Source: an uncultured Acidobacteriota bacterium
GTDB taxonomy: Bacteria > Acidobacteriota > Vicinamibacteria > Vicinamibacterales > UBA2999
Length of the DNA stretch: 64,000 nucleotides
Direction: 5' to 3'
NCBI GenBank assembly: GCA_963751025.1
Contig: CAVVTC010000005.1
Coordinates: 312,304-376,303, forward strand
Shown: piece after piece, positions 1 to 10,737 of the stretch
Position numbering within the stretch: position 1 is the stretch's first letter
How the letters are laid out: each line of letters opens with the position of its first letter
Made by a program: the position numbers and the translations under genes
The notes under the pieces: model-generated
What the model saw: only the letters and a program-made list of their open reading frames with translations
What the model was told of the DNA's origin: nothing
The model's database searches: none

Positions 1-2231
1 GACGAGCGGTCCTTCGATCTGGTCTGGCGTCTCGCCGACCTCGATTGGCGCGCCGACGCGCCGATGCCGGACGGCGCGATCTCCCGCGACGACATCATTC
101 AGATCATCTTCACCTCCGGCGCCACGGCCGAGCCGAAGGGCGTCGTGATTCGGCATCGCAACGTCCTGGCGAACATCGTCCCGGTCGAACGCGAGGTGAT
201 GAAGTACCGCGAGTACGCGCGGCCGTTTCATCCGCTCCGGTTCGTGAACCTGCTTCCACTCAGCCACATGTTCGGCCAGTCGATGGCGAGCAGCATTCCG
301 CCGATGGTGCGCGGAACGGTGATCTTCACCCGCAGCTTCAATCCGCACGACGTCCTGCGGCTGATCAAGACGCGGCGCGTGTCGGTGCTCGTCTGCGTGC
401 CGAAGATCCTCGACGTGCTTCGCGAGCACGTCGTGCACGCCTTTCCCGAAGCCGCCGAGGCCCCACCCCAGGGCATCTCGATCCCGGGGCGCTGGTGGAG
501 GTACCGCCGCGTGCACGCCGCGTTCGGCCTGAAATTCTGGGCCTTCGTCGTCGGCGCTGCGCCGCTGCCGCCCGATGTCGAGGAGTTCTGGCGGCGGCTC
601 GGCTTCGTCGTCATTCAGGGCTACGGCCTGACCGAGACCGCGCCGATCGTCACGCTCAATCACCCGTTCAAGACGAGCAAGGGATCCGTCGGCACGCCAA
701 TCGAAGGCGTCGAGATCCGGATCGCCGACGACGGCGAGATTCTCGTCCGCGGCGAGAACGTGACGACCGGTTACTACGTCGCCGAGAGCCGAAAGCCCAG
801 AGCCCAGAGCCATGCCGCGAACGCAGAGAGCGTGTTCGACAGCGAAGGCTGGCTGCACACAGGAGACATCGGCGAGCGCGACGCGCAGGGACGGCTGTTC
901 ATCAAGGGCCGCAAGAAGGAAATGATCGTGACGCCGGACGGCCTCAACGTCTTTCCCGAAGACGTGGAGCGCGTGCTCGACGAGCAGCCCGGAGTCCGCG
1001 AGTCGGCGGTCGTCGGCGCCGTCGACGGGGCACAGGAGCGCGTGCACGCGGTGCTCGTCGTCGATGCAGGCGCCCAGGTGGATGCGATCATCCGCGAGGC
1101 AAATGCGCGGCTGCAGGACCATCAACGGATCCGCACGTCATCGGTGTGGCCGGGGACGGAGCTGCCGCGGACAGAGGGCACGCGGAAGCTGAAGCGGCGG
1201 GCGATCCGCGACTGGGTGCGAGCGGGCGGAGCGCCGGTCGCCGCGCAGACCGGAGACTCGATCGAATCGCTGATCTCCCGCTTCGCGCACGGCCGCGGCG
1301 TGAGCGGCGCCACCACACTCGACGAGTTGGGATTGAGCTCGCTCGAACGCGTCGAGCTGATGGTCGCGCTCGAGGATCGCTTTCAGACGCGGATCGACGA
1401 GGGGCGCTTCTCGGAAGTCGCCAGCGTCGAGGATCTCAAGCGTCTCGTCGAGGCGCCGGCCGCGGTCGATGGCGTCGAGGAGCCGGTCGAGTTCCCGTCA
1501 TGGAATCGCACGTGGCCCGTGAAATCTGATCCGCCGGCTGTCACAGGCCACGTGGATCGTGCCGCTGACCCGCGCCTTCGCCTATGCACGCGTCGAAGGA
1601 CTCGAGCACCTGCGTGGCCTCGATCGGCCGGTCGTGTTCGCCTCGAACCACCAGAGCCACATGGACGTCCCGGTGATCCTGTCGGTGCTGCCAGGTCATC
1701 TCCGCGCGCGTGTGGCGCCGGCCATGGCCAAGGAGTTCTTCAAGGCCCACTTCTTTCCCGCCGAGCACACCTGGCGGCAGTGGTTCACGAACTCGCTCAA
1801 CTACTATCTGGCGTCGTTCTTCTTCAACGCCTTTCCGCTGCCTCAACGCGAGGCCGGCGCCCGGCACACGTTGAAGTACATCGGCGAGCTGTCCGGAATG
1901 GGCTGGTCCATCCTGATCTTTCCCGGAGGGCATCCGGTCGCCGACGGGACAGATGAAACCGTTCCGCGGCGGCATCGGCATGATCGGCGCACGGCTGGAT
2001 GTGCCGATCGTTCCGGTTCGCATCGATGACGTGGATGCGCTCATGCCGGTGGGGAGCACGTTCGTCAAACCCGGGCGCGTGCGCGTGGCGTTTGGAGCGC
2101 CGCTTCAGTTGCGTGGCGACGACTACGCCGCGCTCGCGGCGCAGGTCGAGACGGGCGGTGCGAGAGCTTCTGAAACCACACAATCTGATGGATTTGCTTG
2201 CTGTCGTGCAATGTGGCACACTGATTGCTAG
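1..2231 (+). CDS. Tri-domain fusion: acyl-AMP ligase (AMP-binding), acyl-carrier (PP-binding) and PlsC-type acyltransferase. The 5' end lies outside the window. The frame changes near 1523-1530 and 1928-1932. The 3' end is at 2231 or 2274.
   Basis: Frame 1 carries TSGATAEPKGV, GYGLTET and GWLHTGDIG...KGRKKEMI (adenylate-forming motifs), then LDELGLSSLERVELM (phosphopantetheine Ser). Frame 2 carries FASNHQSHMDVP (HX4D acyltransferase) and LIFPGG. Frame 3 carries KPFRGGIGMIGARLDVPIVPV. Frame 1 is open from base 1. Confidence 0.8.
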
Positions 2232-2339
2232 CCGGCGAGCGCTAATTGTTAGCGCCGAGGGTCGCCGTACGTAGCGGAAGCTTCCTAGGACGCCAGAGCG
2301 CAATGCGAGACGGCGGTAGCCTCCGCGAAAGGATGAGTA

Positions 2340-2558
2340 TTGAGTAAAGACGATCTGATAGATATGCAAGGCACGGTCGTGGCGGTCCACTCGGGCGGCC
2401 TCTATCGCGTGCAGTGCGATGCGGGTCACGAAGTGCTCGCGCAGTTGAGCGGCCGCATGCGCCGCTTCCGGATCAAGGTAGTCCCAGGTGATCGCGTCAC
2501 GGTCGGCGTGTCTCCCTACGATCCGGTCCGCGGCATCATCACTTTCCGGGCCAGATAA
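2340..2558 (+). CDS. infA: Translation initiation factor IF-1
   Basis: An intact 72-aa ORF with a TTG start. The sequence MSKDDLIDMQGTVV..YRVQCDAGHEVLAQLSGRMRRFRIKVVPGDRVTVGVSPYDPVRGIITFR has canonical IF-1 sequence and length. Confidence 0.95.
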   Translation: MSKDDLIDMQGTVVAVHSGGLYRVQCDAGHEVLAQLSGRMRRFRIKVVPGDRVTVGVSPYDPVRGIITFRAR

Positions 2559-2670
2559 AGTCAGACTTTGAGCAGTCACGTTACTCCACCACCTCAGAAA
2601 CGTCGCAGCCGCCGCGGACCACCGCGCCGCCGGGCACGCACCGCAACCGATCGCCAGGCCGGAACCCGCC

Positions 2671-3814
2671 GTGCTCGCCTACGAGCCGTCGGCGTTCGAT
2701 CCGGCACCCATCCCGTTCGACAAGCTCTCGCTCGACGAGCGGCTGCTGTCGGGCATCCGCGATCTCGGCTGGAAGGACACCCGGCCGGTGCAGAGCGGCG
2801 TGATCCCGCTCGCGCTCGGCGGCGGCGACGTGATCGCCTGCGCCGAGACCGGCACCGGCAAGACCGCCGCGTTCCTCGTTCCGATCCTGCAGCGCTTCCT
2901 CAACGAGCCGCGGCCGCTGCCGTCCCGCACGCGCGCCCTGGTGCTGGCGCCGACGCGCGAGCTCGCGGTGCAGATCGAAGATCAGGTTCAGGGGCTCACC
3001 TATCACACGACGGTCTCGAGCATCGCCGTCTTCGGCGGCGTGCCGATGGACGTCCAGGAGCGCGCCCTGCGCGCCGGCGTGGACATCGTCGTGGCGACCC
3101 CGGGCCGGCTGATGGATCACATGCGGCACGAGTCGGTCGATTACTCGGGCCTCGAGATCCTGGTGCTCGACGAAGCGGACCGCATGCTCGACATGGGCTT
3201 CTGGCCCGACGTGCAGCGGATCCTCTCCGGCGCTGCCGACGAAGCGGCAGACACTGCTCTTCTCGGCGACGATGCCCGGGGAAGTGCTGAAGCTGACGCA
3301 GGAGTTCCTGCACGAACCGAAGTACGTGCAGGTCGGACGACGAGGCGGTCCGGCGCAGACGATCTCGCACAACGTGCAGACCGTGGCCGCCGGCGAGAAG
3401 ACGCAGTGGCTCGGCAGATGGCTGCGTGAGGAAGCGACCGGCCCGGTGCTGATCTTCTGCCGCACGAAGATCGGCGCCGAGCGGCTGGCCCAGCGTCTGA
3501 GCGGCATGGGCATCCGCGCGGCGGCGCTGCACGCCGATCGCACGCAGCAGCAGCGGATGGCCGCCGTCGAGGGATTCCGGACCGGGACCTACCCGGTGCT
3601 CGTCGCCACCGACGTGGCCGCGCGCGGGCTCGACATCGATGGCATCGCTCACGTCGTCAATTACGAAGTGCCGGACACGCCCGAGGCCTACGTGCATCGC
3701 GTGGGCCGGACGGGCCGCGCCGAGTCAACCGGAAACGCGTTGACGCTGGTTGCCCCCGAAGAGATACGCGCGCTTCGCGCGCTGGAGAAAGCCGTTGGCG
3801 TCCAACTTCAATAA
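2671..3814 (+). CDS. DEAD-box ATP-dependent RNA helicase (RhlE-like). One frame change lies near 3230-3245. An Arg-rich N-terminal extension from 2568 is possible.
   Basis: GWKDTRPVQ, motif I AETGTGKTAAF, PTRELA and motif II VLDEADRM are in frame 1. The next frame continues RQTLLFSATMPGEV, LIFCRTK and motif VI HRVGRTGRA. Confidence 0.9.
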
Positions 3815-3906
3815 CGACCCGATGGGTCCGCCCGGCGACGATTCGCCCGATCGAGACGCCGACGGCGACCGAGGGCACCCCCTCGCCCTCGCAGTCAACG
3901 GGGTTC

Positions 3907-4095
3907 GTGCGCTTCACGTCCTGCCGGTGGCAGCAGCCAGCCGAGGACGGCAACGCCGCGTTCTGCACGCATCGCGAAGTGAAGCCGTACGCGGGCACGA
4001 CCGGGTTCGATCCCGATGCGTGGTGCAAGGACTGCCAGTACTACAAGCTGCGCCGCGCACCGAAGAAGCGGAATCCGGACGAATACCGCTACTAG
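3907..4095 (+). CDS. Small Cys-containing hypothetical protein (62 aa, GTG start)
   Basis: The only open frame between the helicase stop and the downstream repeat. It contains ..SCRW..FCTHREVKPYAGTTGFDPDAWCKDCQYYK.. with four Cys and a basic tail. I do not recognise a family. Confidence 0.35.
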   Translation: MRFTSCRWQQPAEDGNAAFCTHREVKPYAGTTGFDPDAWCKDCQYYKLRRAPKKRNPDEYRY

Positions 4096-4188
4096 CCGGT
4101 AGGCCGGTAGCCGTGCCGTAGCTAGGCTAGCGGGTGGCAGCGGGTTCGACGTTCTTGCTACCGGCTACCGGCTACCAGCTACCAGCTA
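4093..4188. repeat. Intergenic hairpin whose two arms are themselves ~7-bp tandem repeats. It exactly fills the spacer between two convergent stop codons.
   Basis: The left arm is tagccggtaggccggtagccgtgccgtagctaggctagc. The right arm is gctaccggctaccggctaccagctaccagcta, which is the reverse complement of the same unit. TAG 4093-4095 and the complement of cta 4186-4188 are the stop codons of the flanking genes. Confidence 0.8.
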
Positions 4189-5008
4189 ATCAGAGAATTC
4201 CTTCGCCAGATGCACCCATTCCCCATTGGGTGCCAGTTCCTGATACGCCTTCCAGTGCAGCCGCGCCTCCTGCGACTGCCCGTTCTTCTCCAGCGTCACC
4301 GCCAGATAGAAGTGCGCGTCGGCGTAGGTCGGATTCAGATGCAGCGCGTCGCGGTAGCACGTGCGGGCGTCGGAGTAGCGCCCAAGGTCGTGAAAGATGT
4401 TGCCCAGATTGAAGTGGGCTTCGAAGACCTCGGGCTCGAGCCCAATCGCACGCTCGTAGAGGGCCTGGGCTTCGGCAATCTCGTTCCGCGAGTAGTGGAT
4501 GTTGGCCAGGTTGATGAGCGCCGGAACGAGATCGGGATCGATCTCGAGCGCGCGGCGATACGCGACGAGCGCCTCGTCGAAGTGCCCGGGGTCGCCATCG
4601 TCGATCGTCGATGCGGCGACGAATTCCCGCTCGGCGGACCTGCGCCTCCTGGCGCGGCGACGCATCCATGAGGGCGGCGAGCGGCGGCGGTTCCGGCCGC
4701 CTGAGTTGCAGCACTTTCGCGGGCTCGGCTTCGAGCCGGAAGTCGAACGCGAGCTGGCCAACGCGTGAGGCCAGCAGGTTGCGCATGACCGCGCGGAAGC
4801 TGGCGCCCTCGGCCAGCTCGGCGTCGGCCTGCCTGATGACCGCGATGTCCGCGAACGCGTAGGAGACCTCGCCGTTGCCGCGCTGGGCGGGGTGGATGAG
4901 ACCCCACTTCTGCATATAGCGCAGCTGATCGTCTCGCAGATGCTTGCAGCGCTCGAGCATCTGACGACGCGAGACGGTGGTGGGACCGGGAGTGGCCACG
5001 CGCCACAA
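4186..5008 (-). CDS. MerR-like HTH / TPR-repeat protein, with a frame change near 4625-4640
   Basis: The N-terminal frame carries LRDDQLRYMQKWGLIHP..YAFADIAVIRQ (MerR-type HTH look). The C-terminal frame carries ALINLANIHYSRNEIAEAQALYERAIGLEPEVFEAHFNLGNIFHDLGRYSDARTCYRDALHLNPTYADAHFYLA (TPR units). Confidence 0.6.
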
Positions 5009-5030
5009 CTATAATCCACAGAGATCGTCA

Positions 5031-5999
5031 ATGCTGCTCGCAGGTGATGTCGGTGGAACGAAAACGCTGCTCGGACTGTTCGAGCGGCAGCAGCCGCGGC
5101 CGGTCCCGCACGGCGTCCGCAGCTACGCGACTGCATCGTTTGCACAGTTCTCCGACATCCTCGACGCCTTCGCGAACGATGTGCGCCAGCCCCTCATGGT
5201 CGACGCCGTCGCGCTCGGCGTCGCCGGTCCGGTGGTTGGCAGCCGCGCGATGCTGACCAACGTGGACCTCGAGATCGATGCCGACGAGGTCGGCGCGCGG
5301 CTGGGCGCGCGTCGCGTCCGTCTGCTGAACGATCTCGAAGCGGTGGCCAGCGCCATCGCCGTGCTCACGCCCGACGAGCTCGTCACGCTGCAGGACGGCA
5401 CACCTCTCGAAAATGGCAACCTCGCCGTGATCGCCGCCGGCACCGGGCTCGGTGAGGCGTTTCTGCATCGGGTGGAGGGGGGCTGGCGGCCGGTGGCGAC
5501 CGAAGCCGGCCACGCCGACTTCGCGGCACGCACGGATCGGGAGCTCGACTTCGTTCGCATGCTGCGCGACCGGTACGGGCGGGCCGAGATCGAACAGGTA
5601 CTGAGCGGCCAGGGCCTGCTCAACCTGCATCGCTTCACGCATCGCGGCGGCGAGTGTCCGATCGTGCAGGACCTGGAATCGCCCAACGCTCCGGCGCTGG
5701 TCTCGCAGGCCGCGCTGGGCGGACGCTGTCAGGGCTGCGCCGATGCCTTGAAGATGTTCGTCGCCGCGTACGGCGCGGAAGCCGGCAACCTCGCCTTGCG
5801 GACGATGGCCACGGCCGGCGTCTACATCGGCGGCGGCATCGCCAAGAAAATCCTGCCGGCGTTGACGACCGGCAGCTTCATGAAGGCGTTTCGAGCCAAG
5901 GACCCGATGACGGACCTGGTCGCGAAGATCCCCGTCCGCGTGATCCTCAACGAGGAGGCCGGACTCCTCGGCGCGGCCGTCGCCGCCCAGCGGTTGTAG
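5031..5999 (+). CDS. glk: Glucokinase
   Basis: Intact. Motifs seen are MLLAGDVGGTKT, LNDLEA, AAGTGLGEA, EAGHADFA and GVYIGGGI. Length is typical for Glk. The ATG at 5031 is in frame with ORF 4977..5999. Confidence 0.85.
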   Translation: MLLAGDVGGTKTLLGLFERQQPRPVPHGVRSYATASFAQFSDILDAFANDVRQPLMVDAVALGVAGPVVGSRAMLTNVDLEIDADEVGARLGARRVRLLNDLEAVASAIAVLTPDELVTLQDGTPLENGNLAVIAAGTGLGEAFLHRVEGGWRPVATEAGHADFAARTDRELDFVRMLRDRYGRAEIEQVLSGQGLLNLHRFTHRGGECPIVQDLESPNAPALVSQAALGGRCQGCADALKMFVAAYGAEAGNLALRTMATAGVYIGGGIAKKILPALTTGSFMKAFRAKDPMTDLVAKIPVRVILNEEAGLLGAAVAAQRL

Positions 6000-6002
6000 A
6001 GG

Positions 6003-6063
6003 GGCGGCTGAAGCCGCCGCGAGACACGGCGCACGGCTGAAGCGTGTCCGGCTCTAGCCGGAC
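6003..6063. terminator. Three consecutive GGCT-NN-AGCC-type hairpins between convergent genes. They are REP-like and a probable bidirectional terminator.
   Basis: The hairpins are ggcggctgaagccgcc (6003-6018), cacggctgaagcgtg, and gtccggctctagccggac (6046-6063). The last stem recurs at 12879-12944. Confidence 0.65.
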
Positions 6064-7428
6064 CTAGAGAAGCTCCGAGAAGAACTCGTTCACCATTCGC
6101 CGATCGGGGTCAACGACCCTGAGCCAGTCTCCGAGCTTCTTCCACCGGTCGCCGTACGCCGCGACCACGTGTTCCTTCTTCACGAACGGGCTCTGATTGA
6201 GCAGCGGGACGCCGCCGCGCTGGTGCGCCCACTCATTGAACGCCTTCAGGAAGGTCGGCCAGGCCTCGCGGTCCTTGCTCGCTCGGCGCGTGAATCGGAT
6301 CGAGCGAGATGATGTCGCCGTCCCAGGTGTACGACAGCAGCGAGCTCCTGTCCTTCCGGATGAAGTACGAGCCGAGCGGCATGTTGCAGCGGAATCCTGT
6401 CTGCTTGTAGTAGTCCGTCGGCCCACTTCACGTAGTCCTTGCATGTTCTTCACGTAGTTCGCGCGCGGAAAGGCCCAGAACGTGAACGCGTAGCGAGCTG
6501 ACTGCGGCGTCTTCGAGTAGTTGATCGTCTTGTCCGGACCTTCCAGCGTGAAGCCGCCGCCTGCGCTCAGCAGACGATAGAACGCCAGCTCGACTCCCGT
6601 ATCCGAGCCGCTCCTTGACCTTGCCGATGCCGTGTGCCGCCCGAAGCGATCGCGCAATCCGCGTCCGGTGTAGGCGCCCAGGAAGTTCCACCCGAACTCC
6701 CGCGCGTCGGCCAGCCACTCGTGCTTCAGCTTCCTGGCCTTGTTGCGCGACTGAATCACGATGTCGTCGCCGATCGTCCACAGCACGATGCTCTGGTTCG
6801 ACGAGATCGCCTTCTTGATGGTCGAGTCCTTGAGATCCTCGACGTCGTGCACGTCGTAGTCGAAGCTGATGATCTCGAGCGGCTTGATCTTGAACGTGAC
6901 CTCGTAGACGATGCCGGCCAGGCCGTAGCTGGCTCTGATGTACGGAAGCAGCTCGGGATTCTTCGTCTCGGATGCTTCCATCAGCTCACCCGAGGGACTC
7001 ACCCACTTGATGGCGGTCACGTACGAATTGACCTGCCCGAGCTCGACGCCATCGAGGGCGTCCTTGGTCTGGCAGCACGCCGCTGAACCGAGCGTGATGT
7101 TGCCGATCTCGATGTTCAGCATGAACTGCAGATCTTTCTTGCGGAGCGCCGCGGCAGCGTCCACGAGCTGAAGACCCGCCTGCGCGGTGAACGTCTTCTT
7201 CGCGGCGTCGATCTTCACGATCTTCGTGAAGCCGTCCATGCTGACGACGGTGCCGGTGGACACGGCGCACGGCGTGAGCGAGTGATTGCTCCCCATGGCC
7301 CGAACCGGGCCGGGATACTTCTGTCGATCGCGGAGGATCTCCTGCAGCTCCGCGACGCTCTTCGGATGAACGTGCTGCTGCGGAGTCGAGGTGATTCCGC
7401 CATCGTAGTTGGTGATCGTTGTGCTCAC
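6064..7428 (-). CDS. FAD-linked (PCMH-type) oxidoreductase, sugar-lactone-oxidase-like, with several frame changes
   Basis: PKSVAELQEIL, VRAMGSNHS and GNITLGSAACCQTKD are seen. Between 6250 and 6440 the sensible protein hops through three frames (KDYVKWAD / DYYKQTGFRCNMPLGSYFIRKDRSSLLSYTWDGDIISLDPIH / RRASKDREAWPTFLKAFNEW). More changes are likely near 6560-6640. The GTG at 7428 is preceded by GGAG. Confidence 0.75.
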   Translation of the reverse strand: MSTTITNYDGGITSTPQQHVHPKSVAELQEILRDRQKYPGPVRAMGSNHSLTPCAVSTGTVVSMDGFTKIVKIDAAKKTFTAQAGLQLVDAAAALRKKDLQFMLNIEIGNITLGSAACCQTKDALDGVELGQVNSYVTAIKWVSPSGELMEASETKNPELLPYIRASYGLAGIVYEVTFKIKPLEIISFDYDVHDVEDLKDSTIKKAISSNQSIVLWTIGDDIVIQSRNKARKLKHEWLADAREFGWNFLGAYTGRGLRDRFGRHTASARSRSGSDTGVELAFYRLLSAGGGFTLEGPDKTINYSKTPQSARYAFTFWAFPRANYVKNMQGLREVGRRTTTSRQDSAATCRSARTSSGRTGARCCRTPGTATSSRSIRFTRRASKDREAWPTFLKAFNEWAHQRGGVPLLNQSPFVKKEHVVAAYGDRWKKLGDWLRVVDPDRRMVNEFFSELL

Positions 7429-7531
7429 GGTGTGCTCCGTACGAAGAGTAGAGGCCGCCTTCAGGCGGCCCATCGGATGTGGGGCGCCACATTCTGAATG
7501 AAGCTCGAGCGCGCGCCAAGCTCAGGCGTAG

Positions 7532-10252
7532 CTAATTGCGTGCAGCGAGCGGCCAGTTCATGAGGACGACGTAATCGCGCGCGGGCCGCAGGAAGCAGTT
7601 GACGATGAATCGCTTGCCGTCCAGCGTGTCGTACGGATGGCCCCAGAACTGGCCGTTCATGGGTGGAGACTGCGTCGCGCTTCCCGGACACGGACGGAAC
7701 AGCGCTTGCGCGCGAGGCACGGGACCCTCGAGACGGAGCGTGCTGGTCGCCACCGCGTGAATCGTCGCGTCCTCGGACATGAAGTACAGCTCCTGTCCGT
7801 CAGGACGCCACACCGGAAAGTCGCCTCCGGACTCGGAGATCTGAACTTTTCTCTGCACCGACAGCTCCGTTCGCGAACGGCCGGACAAAGACCTCGAATC
7901 GTCCGGTCTCCTCGGAGGTGTACGCCACCCATTTCCCATCTGGCGAGAATCGAGTCCCGCCGTGGCGCGACGGGTTGTCGAACAGACGCTTCGCCGTACG
8001 GTCACCCGACGAGACGATCAGCGTCCTGGTGGCGCTCTGATCCAACGGGTACTCATCAACGGTAATCCATCGTCCGTCACGCGACCAGTCTGTCGGCGAA
8101 CCGAAGGTCGTCAGCAACTGCGTCTCCTCAGCGGCGGCGTCGATGGCAGCCTTCATGTAGAGCATCGTTTCCGGCTTGCCGCCGCGATCCGAGCCGAACA
8201 GCATCTGTGTGCCGTCGCCAGACCACACCGGGTGCCAGTCGTTCGCGGTGTTTCGAGTGAGTGGCGCGGCGATGCCGCGGTCGATCTCTATCGTCCACAC
8301 ATCGCGATTGCCGTTCTTGGGGTCCGGATACGTGAAGGCGATGCGATCGCCCGCGGGGGACAGCCGTGGCTGCGTGACGTCGCCTGGGGGTCCCACGGTG
8401 CTCACGTGCTGGCCGCTTCGATCGAACCATGTGAGTTGCGTGCCTCCGGCTCCAGGCGGCCGCACGACAATCACACCCCCGAGCGCGGCCGCCTGAAAGG
8501 CGGCGCCGATGCCGGCCGAGTTGTAGTCCACGCCGGCAATCACCGGTTGTGGAGCGCCGAGTGCGTTGCGGTCGGCGTCGAAGGTGCGGGCTTCGAGACC
8601 GCCGTCGCGGTAGTAGAGCAAGGCGCCCGTGCCGCCGCGTCCGGCCGGAAGATAGAGCGCCTTCGATTGCGCGCTCATCACCCGCTGAAGATCCGGTGAG
8701 TCGAGCGATCCGAGATACAGCGTGTTGTTCGCCGCGACCGCGCAGCGCGACGTGAAGAGAAACCGGCGGCCATCGGGCAGGAACGTCGGCCCGCGATGCG
8801 AGTTCTCGCCGAGCGCCTCGTTCAACTGCGTGAGCGGTGCAGGCTCGCCACCGGATTCGGAAATGCGAAACAGCGGCTGACGGTTGCTCGGGCGGAAGAT
8901 GATGACGCCGCTCGAGCCCCACGATGCCTGCTGAAATCCGGGCAACGTGGCAATCGTCTGCGGCTGTCCGCCGTTGACAGGGACCTTCTTCAGTCGTCCG
9001 TCGGCGAAGAAGCCAAGCCACGCGCCATCGGGAGACCAGATTGGCGTTTGTGCGCCTTCGGTGCCAGGGATCGAGCGCGACTCCGACGAATCGATCGCGC
9101 GAATCCAGAGCGACGGCACGCCTTTGTCGTTGGTCCCGATGAAGACAAAGCGGCTGCCGTCGGGAGAAGGCTCTGGCACCGTGCTGATCGCGACGTCTGT
9201 CATCTGCCCCGCGAACGACAGCGTGAACTGCGCGGGAGTGGCAGCCGCGCTACCGCTCGCGCCGAGAAAACGCGCCAAGCCGGCTCCCGCGATCGCCGCC
9301 ACACCGATCGCGGCAGCCGCCCACAGCCAGACGCGCATGCCTTTTGGGGCGGCGGACACCGCGGCACTAGTGGAATCGGCCGTCACCGCTCCCGCGAGGA
9401 TCTCGTCGATCTGCAAGCGCGCATCGCCAACGTCGCGCAGACGCTGCCGGGGATCCTTGGCAAGGCAGCGCTTGACCAGACTCGACACGCCGGCAGGTGC
9501 AATGGCGCGCAGCGAATTCCACTCCGGATCGTGATCGAGGATCGCGGCGATGGTGTCGGAGATCGTCTGGCGGGCGAACGCGGGGCGGCCAGCGATCATC
9601 TCGTAGAGCAGGCAGCCGAACGCCCAGATGTCCGTGCGCTTGTCCAGTGACTGACCGCGCATCTGCTCGGGGCTCATGTAGGCCGGCGTGCCGACGACGA
9701 GTCCTTCCTGCGTCGCGAAGGCGGTCACGGTGGACGCGTCTGCGTCATCGGGTTCGAGCTCATCTCCGGCGACGGCCTTGGCCAACCCGAAGTCCAGCAC
9801 CTTCACCAGCCCCGACGATGTCACCTTGACGTTGGCGGGCTTCAGATCCCGATGGACGATGCCGCGCTCGTGCGCGGTGTCGAGCGCGTCGGCAATCTGC
9901 CGCGCCACGGCAAGCGCCTCGGGAACTGGCAGAGTCCCGCGCAGGAGGCGCTCCGCGATCGTCTCGCCGTCGACCAGCTCCATGACCAGGGCGTGGATGC
10001 CGTCGCCGTCCTCCACGCCGTGGATGGTGGCGATGTTCGGATGATTCAGTGACGCCAGCGATGCGCGCTTCGCGCTCGAAGCGCGCGCGCCGATTCGGGT
10101 TGGCAGTGAACGCGTGCGGCAGGATCTTGATCGCCACGTCGCGCTGCAGGCTGCGTGTCGCGTGCGCGATAGACCTCGCCCATACCACCTGCACCAACGC
10201 GCTCGTGCAGCTGGTAGACACCGAGGCGACGGCCGGTCAATTCAGCATTCAT
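7532..10252 (-). CDS. Ser/Thr protein kinase fused to a TM segment and a TolB-like beta-propeller, with at least 3 frame changes (about 10150, 10030, 7830)
   Basis: Kinase motifs are GAGGMGEVY, VAIKIL, HRDLKPANV, DFGLAK and GTPAYMSPEQ. A hydrophobic segment WLWAAAAIGVAAIAGAGL follows. Repeated SPDG / WSPDG / FSPDGKWVAY propeller blades then run to the C-terminus. Confidence 0.85.
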
Positions 10253-10346
10253 ATTCTGAGCTTGCCTCGCCGGACCCTCGGCGGAGTGCGGGAGGCGGCG
10301 AAATTGTACCGTGTTAGCGCGCCAAACTCAGTGTATTGATGAGCGC

Positions 10347-10673
10347 TTAACGCGGACCCGCGGCTTGCCGGAGGAGCGCGGCAAAGGCTCGCTCGTCGAT
10401 TCCGGACGAGGTTCGCACCTTCGTGTGGCGCACGTATCTGCCCGAGCCTTCGAGCAGTCCCTGTGGATCCTTCAGGGACGATCCGCGGAAGAAACCGAAC
10501 TGGACGTACCCCGTGGCGGAGTAGACGTACGCAACGGGTCCGTCGCGGCCGAGCCAGCAGCCGTTTCCCCACTTGACGGCTTCGTCGAGCCCAGGCTGGA
10601 CGCGCTTCACGAAGCGGCGAAGCGCACGAATGATGGCCTGGTTCTTCGGGCTCTGATCCTTCAGGGTACTCAT
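10347..10673 (-). CDS. DUF1801 (YdhG-like) domain protein
   Basis: An intact 108-aa ORF with LRRFVKRVQPGLDEAVKWGNGCW..YVYSATGYVQFGFFRG.. Confidence 0.65.
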   Translation of the reverse strand: MSTLKDQSPKNQAIIRALRRFVKRVQPGLDEAVKWGNGCWLGRDGPVAYVYSATGYVQFGFFRGSSLKDPQGLLEGSGRYVRHTKVRTSSGIDERAFAALLRQAAGPR

Positions 10674-10737
10674 CGAAGCTGGCGTAGGTCTTCATCTTCA
10701 TCGCGATTCGCTCGCCGGACGCAAAGCCAGGCGCCTC

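Noticed and set aside
4125-4160. tRNA-like GGGTTCGAC motif (gcgggttcgacgttc)
   Set aside because: No acceptor stem, D-arm or anticodon arm can be drawn around it. It is the loop region of the periodic-arm hairpin. I found no convincing tRNA or rRNA anywhere in the window.
8487-8510. GGCCGCC-loop-GGCGGCC palindromes inside coding regions as REP insertions. The sites are 8487-8510, 7453-7470, 41275-41294 and 60595-60616. The last coincides with a frame change and a possible 46-nt insertion in R2 relative to R1.
   Set aside because: They translate in frame to Gly-Ala-Ala-(Phe/Leu)-... peptides. GCC/GGC codon complementarity makes such palindromes frequent by chance in GC-rich genes. The R2 case is suggestive but cannot be separated from ordinary indel errors without reads or orthologs.
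7532-10252. Ser/Thr kinase fused to a TolB-like propeller as a novel architecture
   Set aside because: Kinase-TM-beta-propeller fusions of this kind are common in GC-rich soil lineages. Apart from the frame changes, nothing looks unusual.
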